DNA of 41,638 nt, from assembly GCA_044356215.1 (NCBI GenBank), contig JBIKWQ010000027.1:1-41638 (forward strand), written 5' to 3'. This DNA comes from Bdellovibrionota bacterium. Its GTDB lineage: Bacteria; Bdellovibrionota_C; UBA2361; OMII01. The notes beneath the pieces were generated by a model. The model was not told where the DNA came from. It saw nothing but the letters and a program-made list of their open reading frames with translations, and did not search any database. A program made the translations under genes and the position numbers. The stretch's first letter is position 1. The number at the start of each line of letters is the position of its first letter. Shown piece after piece: positions 18,808 to 27,713 of this stretch.

Positions 18808-19269
18808 CTAGTCGTCATCATCGTCCTCATCCTCTTCGTCCTCCTCTTCGTCCTCGTCTTCGTCCTCTACCTCTTCGTCCTCGTCGTAATCGTAATCGTC
18901 GTCATCGAGGTCGATATCGTCTTCGTCCTCGTACTCTTCTTCCTCGCTCTCTTCGCTTTCCTCTTGCTCCTCCTCGGCGAAGACCTCAGGGGCAACCTCT
19001 TCGAGAGCTCCGGTTAAAGCTGAAATAACAGAGGCGATATCCTCTGGGGCACAGTCCTCGTTCTCTATCACTGACTCCACCGCGGCTCTAACCTCGGTGA
19101 CTAAAGCCTCCTGGAGTTCGGCTGATGCTTCCTCATTCTCGTCACTCTCAGTCTCATCCTCGTCTGATTCAGTTCCGAAGTCATTCTCTAGTTGCTCTTG
19201 AAGCTCAGCGAATCCCTGTACTAACTCTGTAAGCGCTTCGATGATCTTCTCTGCTGCTTTAGTGCTCAT
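18808..19269 (-). CDS. Hyper-acidic hypothetical protein
   Basis: 153 aa, helical-looking N-terminal ~98 aa and a ~55-aa almost pure D/E tail; only three K/R. Confidence 0.85.
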   Translation of the reverse strand: MSTKAAEKIIEALTELVQGFAELQEQLENDFGTESDEDETESDENEEASAELQEALVTEVRAAVESVIENEDCAPEDIASVISALTGALEEVAPEVFAEEEQEESEESEEEEYEDEDDIDLDDDDYDYDEDEEVEDEDEDEEEDEEDEDDDDD

Positions 19270-19625
19270 AACTTTTATTCCAAAATACTTACTCCCCTTC
19301 GTTTCCTGTCGGGGCGGCGTTATACACGTTTTAATGGAGTGATGCTAAAACCGTTTTGGCTGTTAATCAAGGGGGAAGTAACACACTTTATTAGTGCGCT
19401 AGGCCTTGACAGAAAATGATTTAAACTTCTCATTTTTTTATGAAGAGCAGTTGATTTACCCACTCCGATTCGCACCGCGCAGCCGCCCCTTAAATCAAGT
19501 TAGCGTTATTTCGGCGGCATTCGCTGTGTAGCTGTCTTTTCTGTTTCTGAGTTGATTATTATCTGGGTATAATTGTTAGGTAGATATGCTTTTGTATATT
19601 AAGCCTTAGGGAATGAATAAGAGGG

Positions 19626-20303
19626 TTGATGAGAACGGTAAATGTATTTTTCGCTTACACAGTGTCGCTTTTTTTGTCTCTCACTGGGTGTGTCTCTAAT
19701 CATACAGCTAGCAATTCCAGTGATAGAGGAGCTAGGAGGGATGGTGCTATGGTCACCTCGCCTCTTACTGTTTCGACGCTTCGACCGGAGCTTCTGGCCT
19801 CGATAAATTCTATAGATGTTGCCCAGCCGGTATTTAAACAGTCAGCATCTGCTGGCGCCATATCGCCGCAAGACGCGTATGGAATCATTTCAAACGCGGC
19901 GCGTGAAACTATGACCCTCAAGGTTTTCGGCGCGGACGCTGCGCGGGCGGGGCACGGTTTATCGGGGGCGAACAGCCAAGCGGACGCGGTGCTACGCACA
20001 GAGATACTTCGCTTTGATGAACGTAGCGGCTCCGCTTTCGGAGGCGAGCCGGCGGTCGTCTCATTCAGAATGGCGATGTATTCTCGAGCGGCCAGGGCTG
20101 ATATGTGGAGCGCTCAGTATTTTCTCAAGCAGGAGGCTCTTAGCGAGAATCTCCTGCGAATAGGCGAGCGTAAAGGGCTTGGGGCCGGATGGAGCACCGC
20201 CCATGATGTCTTTAAAAAGGGGGTAAATGAGGCGCTGCAGGACTTTAACTCCCAGAGAGAGCAGCGTTTTCTCGCTGGCAATAAGGCAGGTTCGGGGCGG
20301 TAG
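19626..20303 (+). CDS. Putative lipoprotein
   Basis: Hydrophobic leader ending in lipobox-like LTGC; TATAAT at 19568-19573 upstream. Confidence 0.75.
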   Translation: MMRTVNVFFAYTVSLFLSLTGCVSNHTASNSSDRGARRDGAMVTSPLTVSTLRPELLASINSIDVAQPVFKQSASAGAISPQDAYGIISNAARETMTLKVFGADAARAGHGLSGANSQADAVLRTEILRFDERSGSAFGGEPAVVSFRMAMYSRAARADMWSAQYFLKQEALSENLLRIGERKGLGAGWSTAHDVFKKGVNEALQDFNSQREQRFLAGNKAGSGR

Positions 20304-20365
20304 CTTGAACCCTAAAAAGAGGTTTTGTTTTGGGCAGATTTCCCCTGTGGCGATCGCTGCCTACC

Positions 20366-20374
20366 TGCTATGAT
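20366..20374 (+). promoter_or_regulatory. Possible extended -10 promoter for ftsK
   Basis: TGcTATGAT just upstream of the ftsK start. Confidence 0.35.
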
Positions 20375-20394
20375 CCTCCTGTCATAGGTAGACG

Positions 20395-23019
20395 GTGAGT
20401 TTTAGCATGTCAGCAGTTCAAAAGCGTCGCCCGGTGTCTCGGGCTAAGAATCAGAAGTCAGCGAGTGTCGAAGCCGCTAAAAGTAAAGGAGCAATCCGCC
20501 CGCGTGCTTGGGTACGGGATACTATGTCGGTGCTAATTTTTGGTGCCGGTGTTTTTCTCACATTAAGCTTGGCATCGCACGGTTATAACCTGCTTATGGA
20601 TCTTAACCCTGACACATCTCGTAACTTAATGGGCAGTGCGGGAAATTATATCTCTACGGTGCTATTTGGAACTTTAGGCGTTACGGCACTGGTTCCTGTT
20701 CTCGGCTTGGTCTGGATTGCGTTCTTTAGGCTGGGATCTAATGAGTCCAGGCCAAGGATCTATCCAGTTGCGGCGGTCGTTCTTGCTTCCGTTTTATTTC
20801 TGGTGGCGCTGTCAACTGCCGTAGCGATCGTTAGCTCTGGTTCTCTTAGTGGTTCAGTTGGTGCCGTTTCCTTCGATATGGCGCGTCATGCGCTCGGAGT
20901 GGGCGGAGCGGCGATTGCCACAGTGTTAGTAGGGTTAGTAAGCTGCGCTGTGCTCTCTCAGAGGTCAATCGGAGAACTGGCTGTGGCGTTAAGAGAGTTA
21001 GCGCGGGCAGCTTTAGTCGCGATCACGGTAAGGCTTCCAGTGCTACTGCTTAGGGGCGGATTGATAATTGCTGGTATCTGTTGGTGGTGTATTCAGAATC
21101 TTTTGTATTGGGTGAGTAAGCTATTTGTTTTGAGAGCCGACCCTGAAGAGGAACAAAAGAGAAGTTCAATCGAGCCTAAAGTAAAGATGAAAAAGGACTC
21201 GTCAGCGGCCGCGTCTGTTGAGGCAGAAATTAAAAAGGAGAAGCCGACCGCTGAGGGCAAGGTGGCGGAAGCGGTTACTGCAGTTACTGCCGTCGAGAAG
21301 AGCGACCCAATCATCGTCAAGCCAAAGCCTAGAGAGTTCGGTGAGATTAAGACTCTAAGGGAGCAGAAGGCGGAGGAGCGGAGTAAGAAAGGGGATGCGG
21401 ATGATCAAAGTGGTCAGGTGCCGCAGTTCGATGGGTATAAGTCGCCTGAACTATCACTGCTTTCGCGTGAGGAGGCTCAGCAGTTAGGAGATGATGATGA
21501 TGAGCTTCGACAGAAGGCCGAGCAGATAGAGCTTAAGCTGCGGGATTTTAATATCGCCGGAAGGGTGACACAGGTCCATCCTGGGCCAGTAATTACTTTG
21601 TTTGAGTTTGAGCCGGCGGCTGGTGTGAAAGTAGGTAGAATAGCCGCTTTGCAGGACGATCTGGCGATGAGTCTTAAAGCGAGCAGTATCCGAATTATTG
21701 CGCCGCTACCTAAGCGTGGAACTGTTGGAATCGAGGTTCCAAATAAGCATCGAGCTGTTGTTAGGTTAAGGGAGTGTCTCGAGAGCGAGGCTTTTGGGTC
21801 GGCTGATTCGATCTTGAGTGTGCCTCTTGGGAAGGATACTTACGGTGACTCCGTTGTTGTGGACATCGCGTCGATGCCTCACTTGCTAATGGCCGGAGCG
21901 ACTGGAACTGGAAAGTCGGTTAGCATTAACGCGCTTTTACTGAGTTTGCTTTACCGAGCTCATCCATCAGAGCTCGGTCTGATTCTGATTGATCCTAAGG
22001 TTCTTGAGTTAAGTATCTACGATGGCATCCCTCATCTTCGAGTGCCTGTTGTAACTGACCCTAGACAGGCTAAGGGTGTTCTTAGCTGGGCGGTAAAAGA
22101 GATGGATCGCCGATATCGCTACATGCAGAAGTTTGGTGTGAGGAACATCGACGGCTACAATAGAGTTGTATCAGGAAAGCCACCGATAGATGCCGAGGCC
22201 CCGCCGGTAAGCGCTAATGCGGTTCAGATGCAGATGTTCAGCGATAAGCCGGGCGACACTGATGTTTCAGAGAACGAGGGAGAGAAGGCAACAGTTGAGT
22301 CGATCGCGCCGGAACAGCTAAAGCCACTTCCGAAGCTGGTTATCGTGATTGATGAGTTGGCCGATCTAATGCTCAGCGTGGGCAGAGAGATAGAGGAGCT
22401 GATAACCAGATTGGCTCAGAAGGCGCGAGCGGCTGGTATCCACTTGATAGTCGCGACTCAGAGGCCGTCAGTTGATGTCATCACAGGCTTGATAAAAGCT
22501 AACTTTCCGGCCCGTCTGTCGTTCCGTGTTTCTAGCCGGATCGATTCCCGGACGATCCTCGATTCGATGGGAGCCGAGCGGCTGTTAGGCAAGGGTGACA
22601 TGCTCTTTATGCTTCCGGGAGCGGTACCGCTAAAGCGTGTGCACGGAGCTTTTGTTACGGACTCTGAGGTCCAAAAGGTAGTTACGGCTCTTAAGGCTAA
22701 CTGCGCGCCGCAGTACGATGATGCGATAATCGCGGCGTGTGACAAGGCTATGAATGAGGGGAGCGAGGGTGATCAGGGCGATGGTTCCGGCGGTGGAGTT
22801 GGCGATGAGGACGATTTCGACCCTTTCTACGACAAAGCCGTAGAGTTGGTGGTTGAGAAGGGCCAGGCTTCCACCTCAATGATTCAAAGAACCTTTAGAA
22901 TAGGTTATAATAGAGCTGCTCGTATCATTGAGATGATGGAGCGTGAGGGTGTTGTTGGAAAAATGGATGGTGTTAGGCCTAGAGAGGTTATTGCGCCGTC
23001 TCGTAGCTCCGAGGGTTGA
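20395..23019 (+). CDS. ftsK: DNA translocase FtsK
   Basis: N-terminal TM segments, GPVIT.FE, MPHLL.AGATGTGKS, IDELADLM, ATQRPSVDV, gamma domain IGYNRAARIIE; ATG alternative at 20407. Confidence 0.98.
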   Translation: MSFSMSAVQKRRPVSRAKNQKSASVEAAKSKGAIRPRAWVRDTMSVLIFGAGVFLTLSLASHGYNLLMDLNPDTSRNLMGSAGNYISTVLFGTLGVTALVPVLGLVWIAFFRLGSNESRPRIYPVAAVVLASVLFLVALSTAVAIVSSGSLSGSVGAVSFDMARHALGVGGAAIATVLVGLVSCAVLSQRSIGELAVALRELARAALVAITVRLPVLLLRGGLIIAGICWWCIQNLLYWVSKLFVLRADPEEEQKRSSIEPKVKMKKDSSAAASVEAEIKKEKPTAEGKVAEAVTAVTAVEKSDPIIVKPKPREFGEIKTLREQKAEERSKKGDADDQSGQVPQFDGYKSPELSLLSREEAQQLGDDDDELRQKAEQIELKLRDFNIAGRVTQVHPGPVITLFEFEPAAGVKVGRIAALQDDLAMSLKASSIRIIAPLPKRGTVGIEVPNKHRAVVRLRECLESEAFGSADSILSVPLGKDTYGDSVVVDIASMPHLLMAGATGTGKSVSINALLLSLLYRAHPSELGLILIDPKVLELSIYDGIPHLRVPVVTDPRQAKGVLSWAVKEMDRRYRYMQKFGVRNIDGYNRVVSGKPPIDAEAPPVSANAVQMQMFSDKPGDTDVSENEGEKATVESIAPEQLKPLPKLVIVIDELADLMLSVGREIEELITRLAQKARAAGIHLIVATQRPSVDVITGLIKANFPARLSFRVSSRIDSRTILDSMGAERLLGKGDMLFMLPGAVPLKRVHGAFVTDSEVQKVVTALKANCAPQYDDAIIAACDKAMNEGSEGDQGDGSGGGVGDEDDFDPFYDKAVELVVEKGQASTSMIQRTFRIGYNRAARIIEMMEREGVVGKMDGVRPREVIAPSRSSEG

Positions 23020-23037
23020 TTTGACAGGGCTTAGGGG

Positions 23038-23835
23038 GTGTCACCTATGAACGACGATAGTAATGATAAGACTGGAAGGGGCACTGCTGGACAACAATCG
23101 TCGCAGTCGCTTTTAGAGAAAATTAAACTTACCTTGGCGAATACACCCCCTGATCGTTGGGAACAGGCAGGAGAGTCATTGGATTCAACGCGGAGATATC
23201 AGAAGCCGCAGGAGAACTGGGAGGAGCTGTTCTGTACAGATACTAAGACCGGAGTTCTAGTTCTTAGAAAATCTACCCCGATCACCAGTAACTTCTTTGG
23301 GGGCGGCTATTCGTTCATCGAGGCTTCCGAACCTAAATTTATGGTAGAGTTAAGATCTCGTGGATGGGTCCCAAAGATGTTGGTAGACCCCTCTTATAGG
23401 GGGGCCGGAGTGGTAGATAAAGGCTACCAGCTGTTAGCTGATGGCAGCGTAGCAAGGCAACTATATCAGGAGGTCTTTGTAAGTGTACGGAATCACCGAG
23501 AGAGCTTGAGAAGGGATTTTAATGATCTAGCGCAGCGCCTGATAGCAAATATAAACGAGCAGGTTCAGAACACATCCGCCGAGGATTGGAAGGCGGCGGA
23601 GAGTTCAGAGCAGGGGTTTACGGGCTATTCGGCGGACGTAAATGGCATGTCGGTCACAGTTTGGACGATGATTAGAGATCTCAGCGCTAATTATGGAATG
23701 TACTTCACCAAGTACGGTTTGCGCTGGGATTGCAAGGATATCAATCTAAGTAAAGAGATATTTAAGCTGGTTGATGAATCCGTGAAGAGCGCTTCCCTTG
23801 AACAGTTAGGCAAAGTACTTGAGGATATGTTGTAG
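23038..23835 (+). CDS. Hypothetical protein, apparently two tandem related domains
   Basis: 265-aa ORF 18 bp after ftsK; no recognised family motif. Confidence 0.75.
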   Translation: MSPMNDDSNDKTGRGTAGQQSSQSLLEKIKLTLANTPPDRWEQAGESLDSTRRYQKPQENWEELFCTDTKTGVLVLRKSTPITSNFFGGGYSFIEASEPKFMVELRSRGWVPKMLVDPSYRGAGVVDKGYQLLADGSVARQLYQEVFVSVRNHRESLRRDFNDLAQRLIANINEQVQNTSAEDWKAAESSEQGFTGYSADVNGMSVTVWTMIRDLSANYGMYFTKYGLRWDCKDINLSKEIFKLVDESVKSASLEQLGKVLEDML

Positions 23836-23871
23836 ATCTGACAACGAAGATCGCAGTTAACCTGCGTGAGT

Positions 23872-24534
23872 TTACGAGCCAGCTAATTGCTGCTCAACAA
23901 GCCTGGTATACTCCTTCTCCAGGTCAGAGAACCTCACATTAAGATTGCTGAGGCGCTCGTGAGCGTTTTGGTAGTCTATGATCACATCGCGAAGCTGGGC
24001 GCTGGCTTGAGTCAGGGCGTTCGAAAGCTCGCTAAAAACCGCTTGTTGATCAGGTGTCATTTTTATCTCGCTAGACATCGCGTCAAGCGTTCTTAAAGAT
24101 TCAGCGAGCTTCTGCTCAAGCGATAAAGATTCAGCGGAGAATTCGCTGTAGCGATTTAAAGCATGATGTATCGCGGCTTCATTCTCATCTTTGAGAGCCC
24201 TGAGCTCCTGTTGCTCAGCTTCCCTTGACTGAACCTCTTCCCGAGTCTTATCAACCCTCTCTGTCATCTTAGTTAGCTGTTCACGCTGTTCCTCAGCGGC
24301 TCGCCTTAATTTATCTGACTGTTCTACAAGGAAGGCTAGCTGAGCCTTGGAAACAAATCTCTCTACATCCGCTAAGGTCTCTACTAACTTCCCATCAAGG
24401 ATGCGGGACTCCTCAAGGAGAGACGCGACCTCCTCATCACTTGCGCGCGACCCCTGCCGGCGACCAAATACTAACGCCGCGGCGGCCGTAGCAGCGGATA
24501 TCAGAGCACAGATTGATATGACTAAGTAGTTCAT
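23872..24534 (-). CDS. Membrane-anchored coiled-coil hypothetical protein
   Basis: N-terminal hydrophobic helix, then heptad-rich E/Q/L/R sequence; co-oriented after the gspN-like gene. Confidence 0.8.
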   Translation of the reverse strand: MNYLVISICALISAATAAAALVFGRRQGSRASDEEVASLLEESRILDGKLVETLADVERFVSKAQLAFLVEQSDKLRRAAEEQREQLTKMTERVDKTREEVQSREAEQQELRALKDENEAAIHHALNRYSEFSAESLSLEQKLAESLRTLDAMSSEIKMTPDQQAVFSELSNALTQASAQLRDVIIDYQNAHERLSNLNVRFSDLEKEYTRLVEQQLAGS

Positions 24535-24583
24535 AAATCATCCAAAAGTTTAGCACAGAGCGACTGGCGGGCAAGTGGCTACT

Positions 24584-25492
24584 TTAGCCGCAATTTGACC
24601 GAAGACAGGATCGCCCAAGATTTAACTCGTGACGCTCGGAGCATGAAGTTGACTGAAATGAACATGAGAAACCAGTCGCATCGGTCGCTACTTTGTTATT
24701 GGTAATAAGAGGGAGCCAGCTCGCTAGCTTCGAGCTGTCCTGTCGGTTTAGGTCGACCTTAAGATTTAAGCTACTGATTATAAGGTCTCCATTAGCCAAG
24801 ATTCTAGCTAGCCCACTAATTTTTCCTGAGGCCAAACTGGAGTCGAATTCAGCCGCGTTAAGGTGTATCTCTCCCGATGGCTTAGCGACTAAATCCGCCT
24901 TTAATGACCCATTCGACACGTCATTTAGTGAAATAAAACGTCTAATCTCACTGGGGGGCGTAAAGCGGAATGATGCGAGATCGACAAGATAGTGAGTTTC
25001 AACTTTCCATTTAAGGTCTGATGGATGTTCGTCAAAGCTTATCGATACTTTACCTTCCTCAATACCCAGAGCGCGTAGCTGAGGATGCAGGCTTAGATCG
25101 ATGCCTTTAGCATTCATACTTATCCATTTTCCACCAGATACAAGTGGCGTTTCAATACTGACGTCTCCTCCGTACATTAGAGCTCTAAGCTCCGTCCTCG
25201 GTAGTCCTGGAGGAAGTAGAGGAAGTTTAATTCTGCCCGTAAAATCCTCGACTCTAATCTGAACAGGAAACTTCTGGCCGTTGGAGGCCTTGACGGGCAG
25301 CCATCCTTCTACTGAATCAGCGCCAATACCTAGAACGAATCCCCTGATTCCCTCGGCGCTAACCCTGGTTCCGCCATCTTGCAGCTTAATTAGCGCCTGC
25401 TCCCCAGCGTATCGCAGGATTCCTGGTGTAATGCCCAGCAGGACAATAAAGGTCGCCAGACTTCCTAATAGCAGAATTTTAGCCCTGGACAT
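24584..25492 (-). CDS. Type II secretion GspN-like protein
   Basis: Single N-terminal TM, beta-rich body (YGGDV, IDLS.HP.L), position after GspL/GspM-like genes. Confidence 0.6.
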   Translation of the reverse strand: MSRAKILLLGSLATFIVLLGITPGILRYAGEQALIKLQDGGTRVSAEGIRGFVLGIGADSVEGWLPVKASNGQKFPVQIRVEDFTGRIKLPLLPPGLPRTELRALMYGGDVSIETPLVSGGKWISMNAKGIDLSLHPQLRALGIEEGKVSISFDEHPSDLKWKVETHYLVDLASFRFTPPSEIRRFISLNDVSNGSLKADLVAKPSGEIHLNAAEFDSSLASGKISGLARILANGDLIISSLNLKVDLNRQDSSKLASWLPLITNNKVATDATGFSCSFQSTSCSERHELNLGRSCLRSNCG

Positions 25493-25498
25493 CGTGTC

Positions 25499-26059
25499 TC
25501 ACTGCGGTTTTGTATTAGCCTCAAAGCCGCTTACTTCAAGCTGCACATTGATCGTTTCGCCGGCTCCACGTTTATCGATATTGATCTGCGATATTAACAT
25601 CGGTTGCTTGCCCGAAGTTACCGCACCTAGGAATGAGACTAAATTCTCATAGCTTCCAGTTTGAAAATTCACGGCGAAAAATTTAGTTGTATACTTTCCT
25701 CCCAATTGAATCCCTTCGCGCGGGGTAACGTTGTAGCTGCCAGCCGCCTGCGCCGTATTCTTGAGGAGATTCTCTAGATAGGAGAGTGGATCTGCTGATA
25801 GATCCGCTTGGCTGTAAAAAGCTTCAATATCTTTTTTGCGAGCAAGCAGTTTTGAGTAACGATCTAAGGTATCCGGGGTCACATCGTAGGTTTTCTTTAG
25901 GGAATCGATCTCTTGTGACTGCTCCGCGAACGCAGCGAATACTGGCTCGACTAGGATCGGGTACAACACAGTGATCGCCACAAATAGGGTGGCAACCACA
26001 GCGACCACACGCTCTCGCGGAGTTCTTTGTGACCAGAATTTCTGAAATCGTTCCTTCAT
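25499..26059 (-). CDS. Type II secretion GspM / PilO-like protein
   Basis: W...T.RER then TM helix, coiled coil, C-terminal YENLVSFL..V ferredoxin-like pattern. Confidence 0.75.
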   Translation of the reverse strand: MKERFQKFWSQRTPRERVVAVVATLFVAITVLYPILVEPVFAAFAEQSQEIDSLKKTYDVTPDTLDRYSKLLARKKDIEAFYSQADLSADPLSYLENLLKNTAQAAGSYNVTPREGIQLGGKYTTKFFAVNFQTGSYENLVSFLGAVTSGKQPMLISQINIDKRGAGETINVQLEVSGFEANTKPQ

Positions 26060-26076
26060 AAAGCGGACCTTTGAAC

Positions 26077-27678
26077 CTAAGACGCGAGGGTTATATCCAC
26101 CGAAACATTAAATCGATTTCCGGTGCGCGATGTTTTGTAGTCGACCTTCGAGAAGATATCTTTGCGCGTGTCTAACGCTTTCACGAATCGCTCAACCGGA
26201 GAAAGCTCCGCGGCGTTAGCCGCGATCTGCACACGGACTCCGGACACGCGGATTGATGTTACAGCTATCTCTCCACTAGTAGGAATTCCTTTAACTACCT
26301 CAATGAAAGCGTCAGCCGGTGTTACTCGTGCCCTTGAGCCAAATGCTCCTAGCTCCTCTGAGAGTTTGTTTACCGATTGCATCAGGTTCTCTCTAATTTT
26401 TGAGGGATCATCGGAAAATGATGGAATTACTTCGCGAACCTTCGATATTAACTGGCTCTTGTACGAATTGATAACATACGCCCTAAATCCAAAGATTCCG
26501 CATGCCGCTAAACACACTGCGAGGGCGGCTCTGGTCATGGCTCTCTTAGTTCCCAACAACGCTCGAAAGAACTCGGCGATACGAGGGGTGAATGAGAACT
26601 CGCGGGTCCTAAAATTTGAGAGGGGAGCCTTCTTGGCCTCGTCTTGAGCGAAGACGGCTGAGAGAGCTGAGATGCCAACCTGACCGTCATCAGATTTTAA
26701 AATGTCGCCGAGTGGCAGACCCTCAAGTGGCCGGCCGAAGAGTTGGTGTGTGTTGGCTCCCTTCACCTCTCTTCCGAGTAGGTACACCTTCTCAACCTTG
26801 ACTCCGTAGCGCCGTTCAGCGGCCGCCAATATGAGTTTTAGCGCGGTGAAGATGTGTTGCAGGTTCTCATGGCGTTTGTCAGCCGATAAAGCTGAAAGGA
26901 TTTGTGACGCATAAACCGAACGCTCTACCCTGGCTTCTCCATTGATATAAACGGCGATGCAGTACTCATCCCCGCGATTGAAAACGACCGCTGAATTAGG
27001 CGCGAGGTAATCCTTGGCTAAGTGGTATACAGCCGCTATAGCGCTCGAAGGAACAGTTAATACATTCGGCTCCAGCCCAGCTTCTTTGCATATTTCAAGC
27101 ACGTTCCTGACAACCACACGCGGCAGAATCCCGATGTGAACATCGAACTGCCCGTTAATCGCTGACTTCTGCGCAGAGGCGCCCTCCAATGATGAGCCGA
27201 GCGCCGCGTATTGAACAAAAAAGGGCTCTAACTCAAAAGGAACGACATCCTGAACTTCTAGGTCAACGATTCGATCTAGATTACGCGCGTCCCCAAATGG
27301 AAGGTCTAGGTTAAGCGATAAGAAATCGTTCTGCGGTAGGATTACTGAGGTGGCTGTCCACCCTGCGCTTAGTTTAGAGATGGCGTCCATGATAGAGCTT
27401 TTCGCTTGAAGAACCATCTCAGCGTACTCTTCGGCTGAAACCGCGGTATCCTCCGAATTCGCGTCTCCGCGATTTGGCTCAGCCCCGACAGCGATTGCCC
27501 GATTTTTGAGAGCGCTATTTACAAGATTAGGGAGCTTAAGGAGATCTGGAGATGCAAAAAGATCTATCCGGGATGTAACCCGCTCTATTACCTCTACCTG
27601 CGTTCCCTCAACCTGCGAAACGGTGAATTCACACGGCTGAGAGCTAAGATCTATACCTAAGACTAACTGCATATCCAA
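26077..27678 (-). CDS. Type II secretion GspL-like protein (PilM-like cytoplasmic domain + TM + PilN-like domain)
   Basis: LVLGIDL, L.LPFGD...LD.IV.LEV...VPF, L......GLEP, TM near the C-terminal third; ATG alternative at 27672. Confidence 0.75.
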   Translation of the reverse strand: MDMQLVLGIDLSSQPCEFTVSQVEGTQVEVIERVTSRIDLFASPDLLKLPNLVNSALKNRAIAVGAEPNRGDANSEDTAVSAEEYAEMVLQAKSSIMDAISKLSAGWTATSVILPQNDFLSLNLDLPFGDARNLDRIVDLEVQDVVPFELEPFFVQYAALGSSLEGASAQKSAINGQFDVHIGILPRVVVRNVLEICKEAGLEPNVLTVPSSAIAAVYHLAKDYLAPNSAVVFNRGDEYCIAVYINGEARVERSVYASQILSALSADKRHENLQHIFTALKLILAAAERRYGVKVEKVYLLGREVKGANTHQLFGRPLEGLPLGDILKSDDGQVGISALSAVFAQDEAKKAPLSNFRTREFSFTPRIAEFFRALLGTKRAMTRAALAVCLAACGIFGFRAYVINSYKSQLISKVREVIPSFSDDPSKIRENLMQSVNKLSEELGAFGSRARVTPADAFIEVVKGIPTSGEIAVTSIRVSGVRVQIAANAAELSPVERFVKALDTRKDIFSKVDYKTSRTGNRFNVSVDITLAS

Positions 27679-27713
27679 ACAAGGTACTAAGGAGCTCGGA
27701 TTGGGGCAAGGGG

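Noticed and set aside
18693..19028. Plus-strand ORFs 18693-19028 (Arg/Pro-rich) and 18799-19017 (hydrophobic)
   Set aside because: Antisense shadows of the D/E codons of the acidic protein; one starts inside the MITE
19406..19436. Perfect TTGACA as a sigma70 -35
   Set aside because: No convincing -10 at 16-18 bp spacing
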